Shown in pieces: positions 1 through 9,391 of a stretch of 64,000 nucleotides of DNA. How positions within the stretch are numbered: position 1 is the first letter of the stretch; the number at the start of each line of letters is the position of its first letter. The translations under genes were made by a program, and so were the position numbers. A model generated the notes under the pieces. It was not told the DNA's origin, searched no databases, and saw only the letters and a list, made by a program, of their open reading frames with translations. Source of the DNA: Bacteroidales bacterium (GTDB lineage Bacteria > Bacteroidota > Bacteroidia > Bacteroidales > UBA12077); assembly GCA_003446015.1 (NCBI GenBank), contig DMBU01000068.1, positions 27,286-91,285 of the forward strand. Direction: 5' to 3'.

Positions 1-1
1 T

Positions 2-1255
2 TTTCTTTTAATTTCGGTGCTTTACTCTTGCACAGAACAATCAGAATTTCAACAAAATTTCGAGGACCAGTCGATGCGGGTAGATTTTGTTTTAATTGGA
101 AACGCGAATAGCGAGGAAATTAAGTTGGACAAAATTTCTAAAGAAATTTATTGGGGAGGATCAAAAACACATTTGATCGATGAGTTAAGTTTTGGTGAAT
201 ATAAATTTGAGATTCTGGATTTAAAATCAGAAGCACTCATTTATTCGCAAGGTTTTTGTACCTTATTTGAGGAGTGGCAAACTACATTAGAAGCAGATTC
301 CGTAACTCGCGAATTTACCCAGTCAATTTTATTCCCTTATCCAAAAAACCCTGTTCTGCTAAAAATATATAGCAGAAGCTGGGAAGGTATTTTTAAAGAA
401 ATATTTACACAAGAGATTTATCCTAAGAAACATACATATAATACTAAGATTGTAAAATTCCCATACTCCAAAATTCTTGATCATGGAGATCCATCAACCA
501 AAGTTGATTTAGTTTTCTTGGCAGAAGGATATACTGTAAATGAAATGGAAAAATTTAAAGATGATGCTCAACAATTTATTGATTATCTGTTTTTGTTTGA
601 ACCCTATAGTTTGAATAAAGAGAAATTTAATATTTGGTTAGTTAATTCCAGTTCTGAGGAATCAGGTACAGATATTCCCGGAGATAGTATTTACAAGAAA
701 ACAGTGTTAAATAGCAATTTTTACACTTTTGGAAGCGAGAGGTACCTGACAACCGAAGATCATTTTGCGGTTAGAGATGTAGCTTCATTAGTACCTTATG
801 ATGCCATTTGTATTCTTGTTAACTCTGAAAAATATGGAGGGGGAGGAATTTATAATCACTATTGTATTTCAAGTGTTGATCATGCATTATCAAACGAGGT
901 TTTTATACATGAATTAGGACATTCATTTGCTGGTTTAGGCGACGAATATTACAATTCATCAACAGCATACAACGATTTTTTCAATTTAGAAATCGAACCC
1001 TGGCAACCCAATCTAACAACACTTGTAAATTTCGATTTAAAATGGAAATCTAAAATAAATTTAGATACTCCGGTTCCAACTCCACGTGAAGAGAGTTATA
1101 CAAACACAATTGGTGTTTATGAAGGGGGTGGATATGTTAACAAGGGAATGTTTAGTCCTTATATGGATTGCAGAATGAAAACCAACGAAGCGGGAGGTTT
1201 TTGTCCTGTTTGTCAGGAAGCAATAATGAGAACGATAAATACAAAATCTGAATAG
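2..1255 (+). CDS. M64-family (IgA-peptidase-like) zinc metallopeptidase, probably 5'-truncated by the window edge
   Basis: Frame stays open back to position 2. HELGHSFAGLGDEYY zinc motif. A hairpin terminator follows. Confidence 0.7.
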   Translation, partial: FLLISVLYSCTEQSEFQQNFEDQSMRVDFVLIGNANSEEIKLDKISKEIYWGGSKTHLIDELSFGEYKFEILDLKSEALIYSQGFCTLFEEWQTTLEADSVTREFTQSILFPYPKNPVLLKIYSRSWEGIFKEIFTQEIYPKKHTYNTKIVKFPYSKILDHGDPSTKVDLVFLAEGYTVNEMEKFKDDAQQFIDYLFLFEPYSLNKEKFNIWLVNSSSEESGTDIPGDSIYKKTVLNSNFYTFGSERYLTTEDHFAVRDVASLVPYDAICILVNSEKYGGGGIYNHYCISSVDHALSNEVFIHELGHSFAGLGDEYYNSSTAYNDFFNLEIEPWQPNLTTLVNFDLKWKSKINLDTPVPTPREESYTNTIGVYEGGGYVNKGMFSPYMDCRMKTNEAGGFCPVCQEAIMRTINTKSE

Positions 1256-1261
1256 CAAAAA

Positions 1262-1292
1262 GCTCCATGCATAAAAACATGGAGCCTTTTTT
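1262..1292. terminator. Bidirectional hairpin terminator between convergent genes
   Basis: GCTCCATG / CATGGAGC stem with an 8-nt loop, followed by a T-run. Confidence 0.7.
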
Positions 1293-1312
1293 AGGTAAAT
1301 CGTTAATAAGCG

Positions 1313-1642
1313 TTATTCTTTTCTTGTGTGTTTTTTGGCTATAAAATAATAGATAACCAAGCTTATTCCACCAAACAAGAAAATCATTGAAAGATAAGCA
1401 ATACCTTCTTCCAGATGAGTGTTTTGGCTTAAAATTTCACCCATTAAAAAGCCAATGGCAATACCGATAAAAAATATACCATATTTTAAACTCGGTGAAA
1501 CATTCGATTCACTATTAAAAATAGCAGCAGTTTGACCTTTTTCTATTAAAGCCAATCTTTCTTTTCTTCTTACATATAAATGAAAAATTCCATATACAAC
1601 TGCGAAGAAAGCTATACCTACTAAAAAATCAAGATCGTTCAT
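1313..1642 (-). CDS. Small integral membrane protein (3 predicted TM segments)
   Basis: ORF 1313..1690. The start at 1642 (MNDLDF...) puts the first hydrophobic helix at the N-terminus. ATGs at 1666 and 1690 are alternative starts. Confidence 0.5.
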   Translation of the reverse strand: MNDLDFLVGIAFFAVVYGIFHLYVRRKERLALIEKGQTAAIFNSESNVSPSLKYGIFFIGIAIGFLMGEILSQNTHLEEGIAYLSMIFLFGGISLVIYYFIAKKHTRKE

Positions 1643-1797
1643 AATTAATTTGTTTAAGTTTAACATCGTTTTATTGCTATGACGCCACATTTTTTAGTTG
1701 GGTTACACTCCATTTCAAAAAAAATTGTAAATTGACATTTAAATCTTACCTGTAACCTAAATTTGTTTTTAAGCGTCATACTGAAAAAAGATAGGGA

Positions 1798-2367
1798 TTG
1801 AAACAAGATAAATTTTACATAGAACGTGTTTTAGGAGGTGATATTAACGCATTTACTTATCTTGTTGATACGCATAAAGGAATGGTTTATACGATTGCAT
1901 TAAGAATGTTGAAAAATTCAGAAGATGCAGAAGAACTGGCACAGGATACTTTTGTAAAAGTCTTTAATTCGTTAAAAGATTTTAAATTTGAATCGAAATT
2001 TTCAACCTGGTTGTATAGAATCACCTATAATGGAGCAATTTCGAAATTAAGAAAGAAACAGATTGAGGTATACGATATTGAAGATAGTGTATTACCGGAA
2101 AGTGAAGTGATTTCTACTTATAATGCTATAAATGAAATAACAAAGAACGAACAAAAACGTTATATCAATGAGGCAATCGAAAATTTGAAGGAAGACGATG
2201 CATTTTTGATAAGCATGTATTATTTAAAAGAAAACTCAATGGATGAAATTTCTGAAATTACAGGCTTAACCCTCACAAATGTAAAAGTAAAATTGCATCG
2301 GGCACGAAAGCGGTTTTACGATGAGCTGAAAATGATTTTAAAAGATGAAGTAAACGCAATACTGTAA
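1798..2367 (+). CDS. ECF-type RNA polymerase sigma-70 family factor
   Basis: Region 2 (AEELAQDTFVKVF...WLYRITYN) and region 4 HTH (SMDEISEITGLTLTNVKVKLHRARK). TTG start taken from the ORF track. Confidence 0.85.
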   Translation: MKQDKFYIERVLGGDINAFTYLVDTHKGMVYTIALRMLKNSEDAEELAQDTFVKVFNSLKDFKFESKFSTWLYRITYNGAISKLRKKQIEVYDIEDSVLPESEVISTYNAINEITKNEQKRYINEAIENLKEDDAFLISMYYLKENSMDEISEITGLTLTNVKVKLHRARKRFYDELKMILKDEVNAIL

Positions 2368-2368
2368 T

Positions 2369-2785
2369 ATGAATAACAATAAACTAAATATCGATGATTT
2401 TACCAAAGATCTGATTCGTAAAGGGGAAGTTCAACAACCTACTTCGGATTTTACTAAAAATGTCATGAGCCGAATATTAAAAGATCCTTCAGTAAACGTT
2501 AGTTTTATAACGAATGACGACAAACGAAGTAATATTTGGCTTATCATCACTATGAGTACGTTAGTTGTTGGATTTTTTATCTATTATATTATAACGCACG
2601 GATTTAGTTTCTCTGAGGTTTCTTCAGATTTTCAAACTCCGGGATTTTTCAAAGTTTTTACTGATATTTTCTTAAAATTTTGGGGCGAAATAACTTTATC
2701 TCCCTATATTTTACTTGCTTTTATTGGAATTCTGGTTCTGGTAGTTATTGATAAAACCATAATAAAATATTTATATTCCATATAA
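2369..2785 (+). CDS. Membrane protein, putative cognate anti-sigma factor
   Basis: Starts 2 nt after the sigma gene stop. Has 2 hydrophobic segments. No recognisable catalytic motif. Confidence 0.45.
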   Translation: MNNNKLNIDDFTKDLIRKGEVQQPTSDFTKNVMSRILKDPSVNVSFITNDDKRSNIWLIITMSTLVVGFFIYYIITHGFSFSEVSSDFQTPGFFKVFTDIFLKFWGEITLSPYILLAFIGILVLVVIDKTIIKYLYSI

Positions 2786-2807
2786 AAAATTTTAACTGCT
2801 TATTTAT

Positions 2808-2836
2808 TAGGTCGTAAAGCTTTGCGACCTTTTTTT
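2808..2836 (+). terminator. Rho-independent terminator
   Basis: AGGTCG...CGACCT stem with an internal AAAGCTTT palindrome, then a T-run. Confidence 0.7.
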
Positions 2837-2870
2837 ATTTTTTAGTTTTGATCTTATTTTTTAGATTTGG

Positions 2871-3467
2871 TTGAAATTAAATCATATATATCCTTTAATT
2901 CAATTGAGATCACTAGATAATAAAACGATAGTTCAAGGAATTCGTAATCAGGATAAAGAAATTCTAAAAAGCATATACTCAATTTATTTCCCAACGATAA
3001 AGAGATTTATCCTTGATGCCAAAGGATCTGAGCAGGATGCAAAAGATGTATTCCAAGAAGGAATTATTATTATTTATCGAAAAATTAAAGAAGGAAACAT
3101 AAACCTTACTTCCTCGTTTAAATCATACATATATAGTGTTTGTCGATTTATTTGGATGAAACAATTATCGAAAGAAAGAGAAAATGCCGAGCAGCTTGAT
3201 GTTTATTTGGAATATGAAGAAATACCTGATGTGAGACTCGATGAGTATGAAAAAAACGAACAATACAAGCTTTATCAAAAGCATTTCTTAAGACTCGAAA
3301 AAGAATGCCAGAAGTTATTGCAATTATTTTTAAAAAATGTACCTTTAAAAGAAATCGCTGATGAATTAGGAATTGGAAGTCAGCAATATATTAAACGTAA
3401 AAAATATAAGTGTAAAGAACAACTTGTGCGGTATATTAAAAGTGATCCGAATTTTAAAGAAGAGTGA
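2871..3467 (+). CDS. Sigma-70 family (ECF-like) RNA polymerase sigma factor
   Basis: Region 2-like (DAKDVFQEGIIIIYRK...YIYSVCRFIW) and region 4-like HTH (PLKEIADELGIGSQQYIKRKKYKCKEQL). Its stop overlaps the next start (ATGA at 3464). Confidence 0.7.
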   Translation: MKLNHIYPLIQLRSLDNKTIVQGIRNQDKEILKSIYSIYFPTIKRFILDAKGSEQDAKDVFQEGIIIIYRKIKEGNINLTSSFKSYIYSVCRFIWMKQLSKERENAEQLDVYLEYEEIPDVRLDEYEKNEQYKLYQKHFLRLEKECQKLLQLFLKNVPLKEIADELGIGSQQYIKRKKYKCKEQLVRYIKSDPNFKEE

Positions 3468-4204
3468 TGGAGAATAAATTCGATTGGATTGAGAAGTATT
3501 TAATGAATGAAATGTCGGTTAGGGAACAAATAGAATTTGAAGAATCTTTAAGAACAAACCCTGATCTGATGAAAGAATTTCTACTTAGAAGGCGCATTAA
3601 CGATGCTATTACTGAGGATGATATTTTAAATTTAAGGCAAAACTTAAATCATATTATAAACCTCGAAACGGAGGAGCCTAACAAGCGACTATATATTTAT
3701 TCGGCTGTTGCAGCTATTCTGGTATTTGTTATCGTGGTATCCGGTATTTTTCTAAATAGGGAAAAGCAAGTTGAGAAAAACAGCCTTTTTGCATCTTATT
3801 ATTCTGCATATCCTGCCATGATGAGTTTTCGGTCTTTAAGCGATCAAAATGATACTACAAAGTTAATGTATGAAGCATTTAATTTTTACGATGAAAATGA
3901 ATATGATTCAGCAGCTGTTTATTTTAAAATGGTTCTGGAAAAAGATGCAACGAATACGATGAGCCAGTTTTATTTGTCGGTCTGCGAAATCGAGAATAAT
4001 AATTTGATCGAGGCTGAAGAATATTTAAGTGATCTTATTCAAAAAAAGAATCATATTTTCTGGGAACAATCAAATTGGTATTTGGCACTCGTTTATTTAA
4101 AACAAAATGAATTAGATAGTGCAGAAAGTATCTTAAATAAAGTAGTTCAAGAGAATATGACACAGAAACCTGATGCAGAAATTATTCTAAAGAAGTTGAA
4201 TTAA
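3464..4204 (+). CDS. Single-pass membrane protein with C-terminal TPR-like domain, putative anti-sigma factor
   Basis: Translationally coupled to the sigma gene. Has an N-terminal ~75-aa soluble segment, one TM (LYIYSAVAAILVFVIVVSGIFL) and TPR-like repeats. Paralog of 7480..8232. Confidence 0.55.
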   Translation: MMENKFDWIEKYLMNEMSVREQIEFEESLRTNPDLMKEFLLRRRINDAITEDDILNLRQNLNHIINLETEEPNKRLYIYSAVAAILVFVIVVSGIFLNREKQVEKNSLFASYYSAYPAMMSFRSLSDQNDTTKLMYEAFNFYDENEYDSAAVYFKMVLEKDATNTMSQFYLSVCEIENNNLIEAEEYLSDLIQKKNHIFWEQSNWYLALVYLKQNELDSAESILNKVVQENMTQKPDAEIILKKLN

Positions 4205-6983
4205 TTTTTCTTCGTTTTAGAAATAGGAACAATATTAAAGCAACAAGAACTAGCGTGATTCCAGAATAAACATAATATTTCGTATCCGATTCAAATAAAG
4301 CACTATTGCTGCCTATTACCACATATCCCGACCAAAAATAGGGATGAGCCCTTAACTGGTCAGCATTTTCGATAAATTCAATTTTCGATAATTGAAGTGA
4401 TTCGGATTTTGTTTTTCCTTTTAACAGATTTTTATAAAAGGACGTCATTAATTTAACACCTGATTTATCTTCAACAGACCAAAGAGTCATAATAATTGAA
4501 GGACATCCCGAATAAATAAACCCTCGGGCAAGACTCATTACTCCCTCGCCACGTTGCATTTTTCCACTACCGCTATTACATGAACTTAACACAGCCATTC
4601 TACTGTTTAATTTCATATTATATAACTCGTAGGTATTTAAAAATCCATCTTCTGTGCTATCTTCCTGTTGTGTAAAAGCCATTTTAGAATACATAGGATT
4701 TTGATCGTCCATAATGGTATGCATAGCTAAATGAAGAATATCATAAAAAGGAGCAACCTTCTTGAAGGTTTTCTCATTAGCTCTGTAATCCAAATACATA
4801 TCTCCATGAAGTAATTCTGAAATTTTTTGTACTTCATCTTTAATACCCTTTAAAGGAAATAATCGCTCTCTATATTCCTGGCGGAATGATGTAAATCCTT
4901 CGGGCATTGACCCAATGTTATTGTAGGTAGGAGCAAATGCTCCTAATTTCTTAGCTGCTGTTTGACTTCTATTATTATTGTTAAACAAAAATGAGGCTGA
5001 ATAAGAATAACTAAAATGATTCTTATACAATAAATATGGCAATCCCTTGTAGTTTATTCTATCAAATGCTATATACTCATTGGTCAAAACTTCAAATGGG
5101 AGATATGCAAGTTTTCCATCAGGAATTATAATCAGATTCTTATTCCTTATTATATTCTCAATAGGTTTTAATAATTGATTGTAAATATAAAAAGATGATT
5201 CCTGATACTGCTTAAACTCCTGATACCCGTGATTTGAAAAATTATTATTCGATAAAGCATTTAATAATTTATCAAGATGATTAATAAAAACCTGATCCAT
5301 AGCCTGTTCAAGGATGTTTGAGTTCTGTTTTCCTATAACAATGGTATATATTTTATTACTAGTAATAAAGTATTCGATAAGTACATCTTTTCGCTTTAGC
5401 TTTTTTTGAACTTCATCTATGCTCAGGTTATGTTGTACTTGTTTTAGGGCATAATAATTTTGAAAATTATGTTCAAGGTAAATGGTTAAATCATCGAACT
5501 CTCTTTTTTTCTCAAAAAGATATTTATTCCAGTATTCTAATTTATTTTGATCGGGATCTTGCTTCTTTTTTTCTTCGTAAATTAATTCCTCGTATGACCA
5601 GATACCCTTTTCGAGCTGTTTTTCTTTGGTGATAAGTGAATCAGGAATACCTCCAATATTTAATGCATGGGTATTTTTGAGCGCTTCTGTTAAAATAGCC
5701 GACTTTCCATCTTCACTATAATTAAAAGCTTTTTCCAGGAATTCGTTGTCATTGGTTAAATGGTATAACTTATAACTAGTTTGTAAAGCACTTGAAAAAG
5801 TTTCAAATTCATTATCAGCTAAAAACAATTTACTTTCCTCACTTAAATAACCTGCGCGAATTTTATGGATTGTTTCTATGGCACGGTCAAAGGTTTGTAA
5901 ACTTAGCCGGTAATTTGCTATATCATTCTGTTCTTCGGCCAGTTTAGATAAAGCATTAGCTTTATTTTTTAAGGCACTTAACAAATGTGTTTTTGATAAA
6001 ACCTGGTTTAAATCAGGATTAGAACTTAAACGAGTATCATTAAATTGGGGAGCTAAAGCAATTAAGGATTTTTGAAAATAAAACAATGCACTATCTAGGT
6101 TTGAGTCTAAGTAAAACTCACCTAAATTATTATAACCGCTTGAAATATTCGGATGAAATTCCCCGAGATTTTGTTTATAAATTTCTAATGATTTTAATAA
6201 GTAATGCTTTGCTTTTATTTTATCATTTTTTTTAAATAAAAGCGATGAATAATTCATGTAGTTCAAAGCTAATCTCAAATTATCTCTCCCAAAATATTTA
6301 GTGGCCAGTTCAAATGCTTCTAAATAATATATTTCCGCTTTGTAATAATTAGAATCTTTTTGATAACATACAGCTAAATTTCCTAAAGTAGTATATTTTG
6401 ATTCTATATTTTTAAGGTTTAAACTAATAGAGTAATAAAGAATTGCTTGGGAATAATCCCCATTTTTTCTATAAATATTACCAAGATTATTGTAAGTTGA
6501 TGCTAATTGATTCTTATAGGTAATAGAATCCTGTTTAAAAATATGAAGAGCTCTTAAATGAAAATCTTTAGCCTTAGCATAATCCTGCTGAATGAAATAA
6601 ATATTTGCTTTGTTCCCATAAATATATGCCAATAAGGACTGGTTATTATTTTTAAGATATATTTCCTCGGATTTATCATAGCATTCAACAGCTTCTTCAT
6701 ATTTTCCTAAAAGTTTATTAATAATACCTAAACTCTGGTATGCATTGGCAAGAAGAGTACTATCAGTTTCTTGAAAACTTTCATAGACAAGAACTGCTTT
6801 TTGAGTATAAAGTAATGCACTGTCTAAAATTCCTGTTTTTCCGAGATTTACCCCTTTTGTATAAAATATTTCTGCATTTTTCAATTGATAAACTCGATTA
6901 ATACTATCCGCAGGTTCACCAAAAGCAAATAGCCTGAGCGTAAAAAACAGAAACAAGTTAAAAATTAAATATTTCAAATGCAT
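4182..6983 (-). CDS. Secreted, C-terminally membrane-anchored TPR-CHAT (caspase-like) domain protein
   Basis: N-terminal signal-like segment (MHLKYLIFNLFLFFTLRLFAFG). Many TPR repeats. CHAT-type His/Cys dyad context (DILHLAMHT ; AVLSSCNSGSG). C-terminal TM followed by KRRK. Confidence 0.8.
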   Translation of the reverse strand: MHLKYLIFNLFLFFTLRLFAFGEPADSINRVYQLKNAEIFYTKGVNLGKTGILDSALLYTQKAVLVYESFQETDSTLLANAYQSLGIINKLLGKYEEAVECYDKSEEIYLKNNNQSLLAYIYGNKANIYFIQQDYAKAKDFHLRALHIFKQDSITYKNQLASTYNNLGNIYRKNGDYSQAILYYSISLNLKNIESKYTTLGNLAVCYQKDSNYYKAEIYYLEAFELATKYFGRDNLRLALNYMNYSSLLFKKNDKIKAKHYLLKSLEIYKQNLGEFHPNISSGYNNLGEFYLDSNLDSALFYFQKSLIALAPQFNDTRLSSNPDLNQVLSKTHLLSALKNKANALSKLAEEQNDIANYRLSLQTFDRAIETIHKIRAGYLSEESKLFLADNEFETFSSALQTSYKLYHLTNDNEFLEKAFNYSEDGKSAILTEALKNTHALNIGGIPDSLITKEKQLEKGIWSYEELIYEEKKKQDPDQNKLEYWNKYLFEKKREFDDLTIYLEHNFQNYYALKQVQHNLSIDEVQKKLKRKDVLIEYFITSNKIYTIVIGKQNSNILEQAMDQVFINHLDKLLNALSNNNFSNHGYQEFKQYQESSFYIYNQLLKPIENIIRNKNLIIIPDGKLAYLPFEVLTNEYIAFDRINYKGLPYLLYKNHFSYSYSASFLFNNNNRSQTAAKKLGAFAPTYNNIGSMPEGFTSFRQEYRERLFPLKGIKDEVQKISELLHGDMYLDYRANEKTFKKVAPFYDILHLAMHTIMDDQNPMYSKMAFTQQEDSTEDGFLNTYELYNMKLNSRMAVLSSCNSGSGKMQRGEGVMSLARGFIYSGCPSIIMTLWSVEDKSGVKLMTSFYKNLLKGKTKSESLQLSKIEFIENADQLRAHPYFWSGYVVIGSNSALFESDTKYYVYSGITLVLVALILFLFLKRRKINSTSLE

Positions 6984-7201
6984 TTTTTTTACTTATTGCT
7001 CAAGTATACTTAAAAATTGCCAAAAAGTTTAAAAAAAAGTCAAAAATAAGTTGCAGTAAATCAACTGATTATGTAAAAATATGAAAAAAAATAAAAAAAA
7101 GTTGAAAATAGGGGGTCACCTTTTTGCAATTTCCGGAATTAATAGGTGAGAAGACATTAAAGATAAAACTAAAGTAAATTAATTATTAAAAAACATAAAC
7201 C

Positions 7202-7360
7202 ATGAAAACATTAAAAAACATTTTCGGAATTGAAGAAACAAAAAAAACAATAAATAATTTTTCAGGTAAACTGGATTTACATGCAATGATTTTGATTAAA
7301 GGTGGTGATGGGGATGATGATGATTTATGGCCACCTACAATTGGATCTGGTACAAACTAA
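7202..7360 (+). CDS. Unannotated 52-aa double-glycine-leader peptide (MKTLKNIFGIEETKKTINNFSGKLDLHAMILIKGG|DGDDDDLWPPTIGSGTN)
   Basis: Hand-translated ATG..TAA ORF. The MK-LKN start and IKGG end resemble the leaders at 12272, 12570 and 12971. A hairpin plus T-run follows. Confidence 0.6.
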   Translation: MKTLKNIFGIEETKKTINNFSGKLDLHAMILIKGGDGDDDDLWPPTIGSGTN

Positions 7361-7401
7361 TCGCTTACCCTTTCGATTCAAATATACGTTCTTAAAGTGT
7401 T

Positions 7402-7435
7402 GGCCAATTCAATTCCCGTTGGGTTGGCCTTTTTG
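7402..7435 (+). terminator. Hairpin plus T-run downstream of the small peptide ORF
   Basis: GGCCAA / TTGGCC stem with a 16-nt loop, then TTTTT. Confidence 0.45.
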
Positions 7436-7479
7436 TCGAAACCATTCTGCCGAAAGGCAGATTAAAAAATAAAATAAAT

Positions 7480-8232
7480 ATGCAAACCAATTTTGAAACA
7501 ATTGAAAAATATATCGATGGCGAGCTGAAAGGAAACGAGTTACTCAAATTTGAGGAATTGCTTTCAATCGATCCCGATATAAAGCGCGATTATAAGTTGA
7601 GTTTGGAACTTAACAACTCCATCATGGAAGATGATGTTATAGCGCTAAGAGAAACAATGAACTACATGTACCAGGATGAAACAATTGTTAAAAGAATTCC
7701 AACGGTATTTACAAAACGAAAGTTTTATTATTATGCTGCGGCATCGGCAGCTTTACTTATTGCAACAGGTGGTTTAATGCAAAGATTATCCGGACCTGAA
7801 ATGAACAATACACGGGTATTCGAAAAGTATTATGCTCCTTATGAAGTTACGGTAACATATCGTTCTGGAAACACCGAGGTGGATCGTTTACTATTAAATG
7901 CACTGGAGCGTTACGAAGAAAAGGATTATGAATATGCCCTGGTACTTTTCGAAGAAGTTTTGGAGTCGCGGCAAAACGATATGGCTGTAAACCTATATTC
8001 AGGTATATCTTACATGGAAGAAGAAAAGTATCAAAAAGCTACAAAATCGTTTAGTAATATTATCTCCGATAAGGATAATTTATTTATTGAGCAAGCTAAC
8101 TGGTACCTGGCGATGTGCTATTTGAAAACTGAAAAAACAGATAAAGCACAAGATGTTTTAAGAGAAATTATTAATGAAGAAAGTTATTATAAAGAACAGG
8201 CAGCCAGGGTTTTAGAGGATATCGGAAATTAG
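7480..8232 (+). CDS. Single-pass membrane TPR protein, paralog of 3464..4204 (anti-sigma-like or LytTR-inhibitor-like)
   Basis: Same architecture and alignable N- and C-terminal blocks (IEKYIDGEL...; NWYLAMCYLK vs NWYLALVYLK). No sigma gene lies next to it. Confidence 0.5.
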   Translation: MQTNFETIEKYIDGELKGNELLKFEELLSIDPDIKRDYKLSLELNNSIMEDDVIALRETMNYMYQDETIVKRIPTVFTKRKFYYYAAASAALLIATGGLMQRLSGPEMNNTRVFEKYYAPYEVTVTYRSGNTEVDRLLLNALERYEEKDYEYALVLFEEVLESRQNDMAVNLYSGISYMEEEKYQKATKSFSNIISDKDNLFIEQANWYLAMCYLKTEKTDKAQDVLREIINEESYYKEQAARVLEDIGN

Positions 8233-8263
8233 TTATAAAATTCATATCAAAATTCATATCAAA

Positions 8264-9022
8264 ATGATGAAAGATAAGGTTAAAACCATAACTGACAATA
8301 CCATGAAAGATAACTGGAAAAAACACAATACTGAGAAAATTAGTTTTTTATCGCATATTTCTCATGGTATCCGAACTCCATTAAACTCCATCATGGGTTT
8401 TTCAAAATTGCTCACGTTAAGAGATCTTGTGGACAAAAAGCAAAAGGAATATGTTCAGGGAATTCTAAACGGAAGCAATTTATTACTTCAGTTTGTTGAT
8501 AATGTGATGGATTTATCTCAATTTGAAGCAAACAATTATTCGTTAAGAATAAAGGACTGCGATATAAATCAGGTAATATGGGAATTTACAGAAGATTTTT
8601 ACAATCAAAAGATTGAAAATAGAGATACCAACATAAATCTTGTGCTAGTGTGGGAAAGTGATGTTAAAGACCTGGTGGTTGAAACAGATGCTCTATTACT
8701 GAAAAAAGCCTTACAAAGAATTGTTAATCTTGTTTCTACAAAATATCCTATTTCAGAGTTTGAGTTAGGCTATCGAATTCTCGAAAATAAATCTTTGTGC
8801 ATTTATGTTCGACCAGCAAAAGAAAAATTAACGGAAGAAGATTTATTAATCGATCAACAGTTTTATTCAATTGATGATTACAATTCATTTGAATATTTTA
8901 ATTATAAAGTTCTTTATAGCGCAGTATTAATGTTAAGAGGCGAACTAACATTAAATTCCGAAAATCAGGAATTTTCTTTTATTATTCCTACGAAATATGA
9001 CATGAACAATATATTAATCTAA
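8264..9022 (+). CDS. HisKA (H-box) protein without sensor, TM or recognisable ATP-binding G-boxes
   Basis: H-box FLSHISHGIRTPLNSIMGF near the N-terminus. The C-terminal half lacks DxGxG/GxGxG motifs. No hydrophobic segment. Confidence 0.6.
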   Translation: MMKDKVKTITDNTMKDNWKKHNTEKISFLSHISHGIRTPLNSIMGFSKLLTLRDLVDKKQKEYVQGILNGSNLLLQFVDNVMDLSQFEANNYSLRIKDCDINQVIWEFTEDFYNQKIENRDTNINLVLVWESDVKDLVVETDALLLKKALQRIVNLVSTKYPISEFELGYRILENKSLCIYVRPAKEKLTEEDLLIDQQFYSIDDYNSFEYFNYKVLYSAVLMLRGELTLNSENQEFSFIIPTKYDMNNILI

Positions 9023-9037
9023 TTAAAATAAATAATT

Positions 9038-9391
9038 ATGAGTACATATAACATATACGTTCCCACCGAAAAAGGTAAAATGAAGATAGATTGTAGTCAG
9101 ATTTTGTATATTGAATCAAGTCTGCAATTTACCAGAATAACATTTGTAAATAATGAGAACCTTGAGCTATTGTTAACGATGAGCGAAACAGAACATTTGC
9201 TTTTTAATCAGGGTTTCTTCCGTTTTAACAATAAGTATCTGGTTAATCTTAAATATGTTGAGGTTGTATTTCCATCCGATGCTTCAAAAGTTGTATTAGA
9301 AAACGGGAAGGAAATATTTGTTAACCACAACAAAAAGGAGGAATTGTTTGAAAGTTTGCGTCAGGTTTATGATCTGCAAGAATTAGCATAG
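9038..9391 (+). CDS. Stand-alone LytTR DNA-binding domain protein (no receiver domain)
   Basis: 117 aa. LytTR-like core FFRFNNKYLVNLKYV. Confidence 0.65.
   Translation: MSTYNIYVPTEKGKMKIDCSQILYIESSLQFTRITFVNNENLELLLTMSETEHLLFNQGFFRFNNKYLVNLKYVEVVFPSDASKVVLENGKEIFVNHNKKEELFESLRQVYDLQELA

Noticed and set aside
1061-1258. Minus-strand 65-aa ORF overlapping the 3' end of the M64 peptidase gene
   Set aside because: It overlaps a conserved CDS and the terminator hairpin, and has no motif or independent support.
7081-7149. 22-aa ORF MKKNKKKLKIGGHLFAISGINR with an internal GG
   Set aside because: It arises from an A-rich low-complexity stretch. The 12-aa 'leader' is too short for C39 recognition. 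It coincides with the inverted repeat, which is better read as a regulatory site. No support beyond the open frame.
8264-9022. Calling this a functional sensor histidine kinase
   Set aside because: Only the H-box/DHp region is recognisable. No N, G1 or G2 ATP-binding boxes, TM or sensor domain are visible, so it is annotated as HisKA-only.
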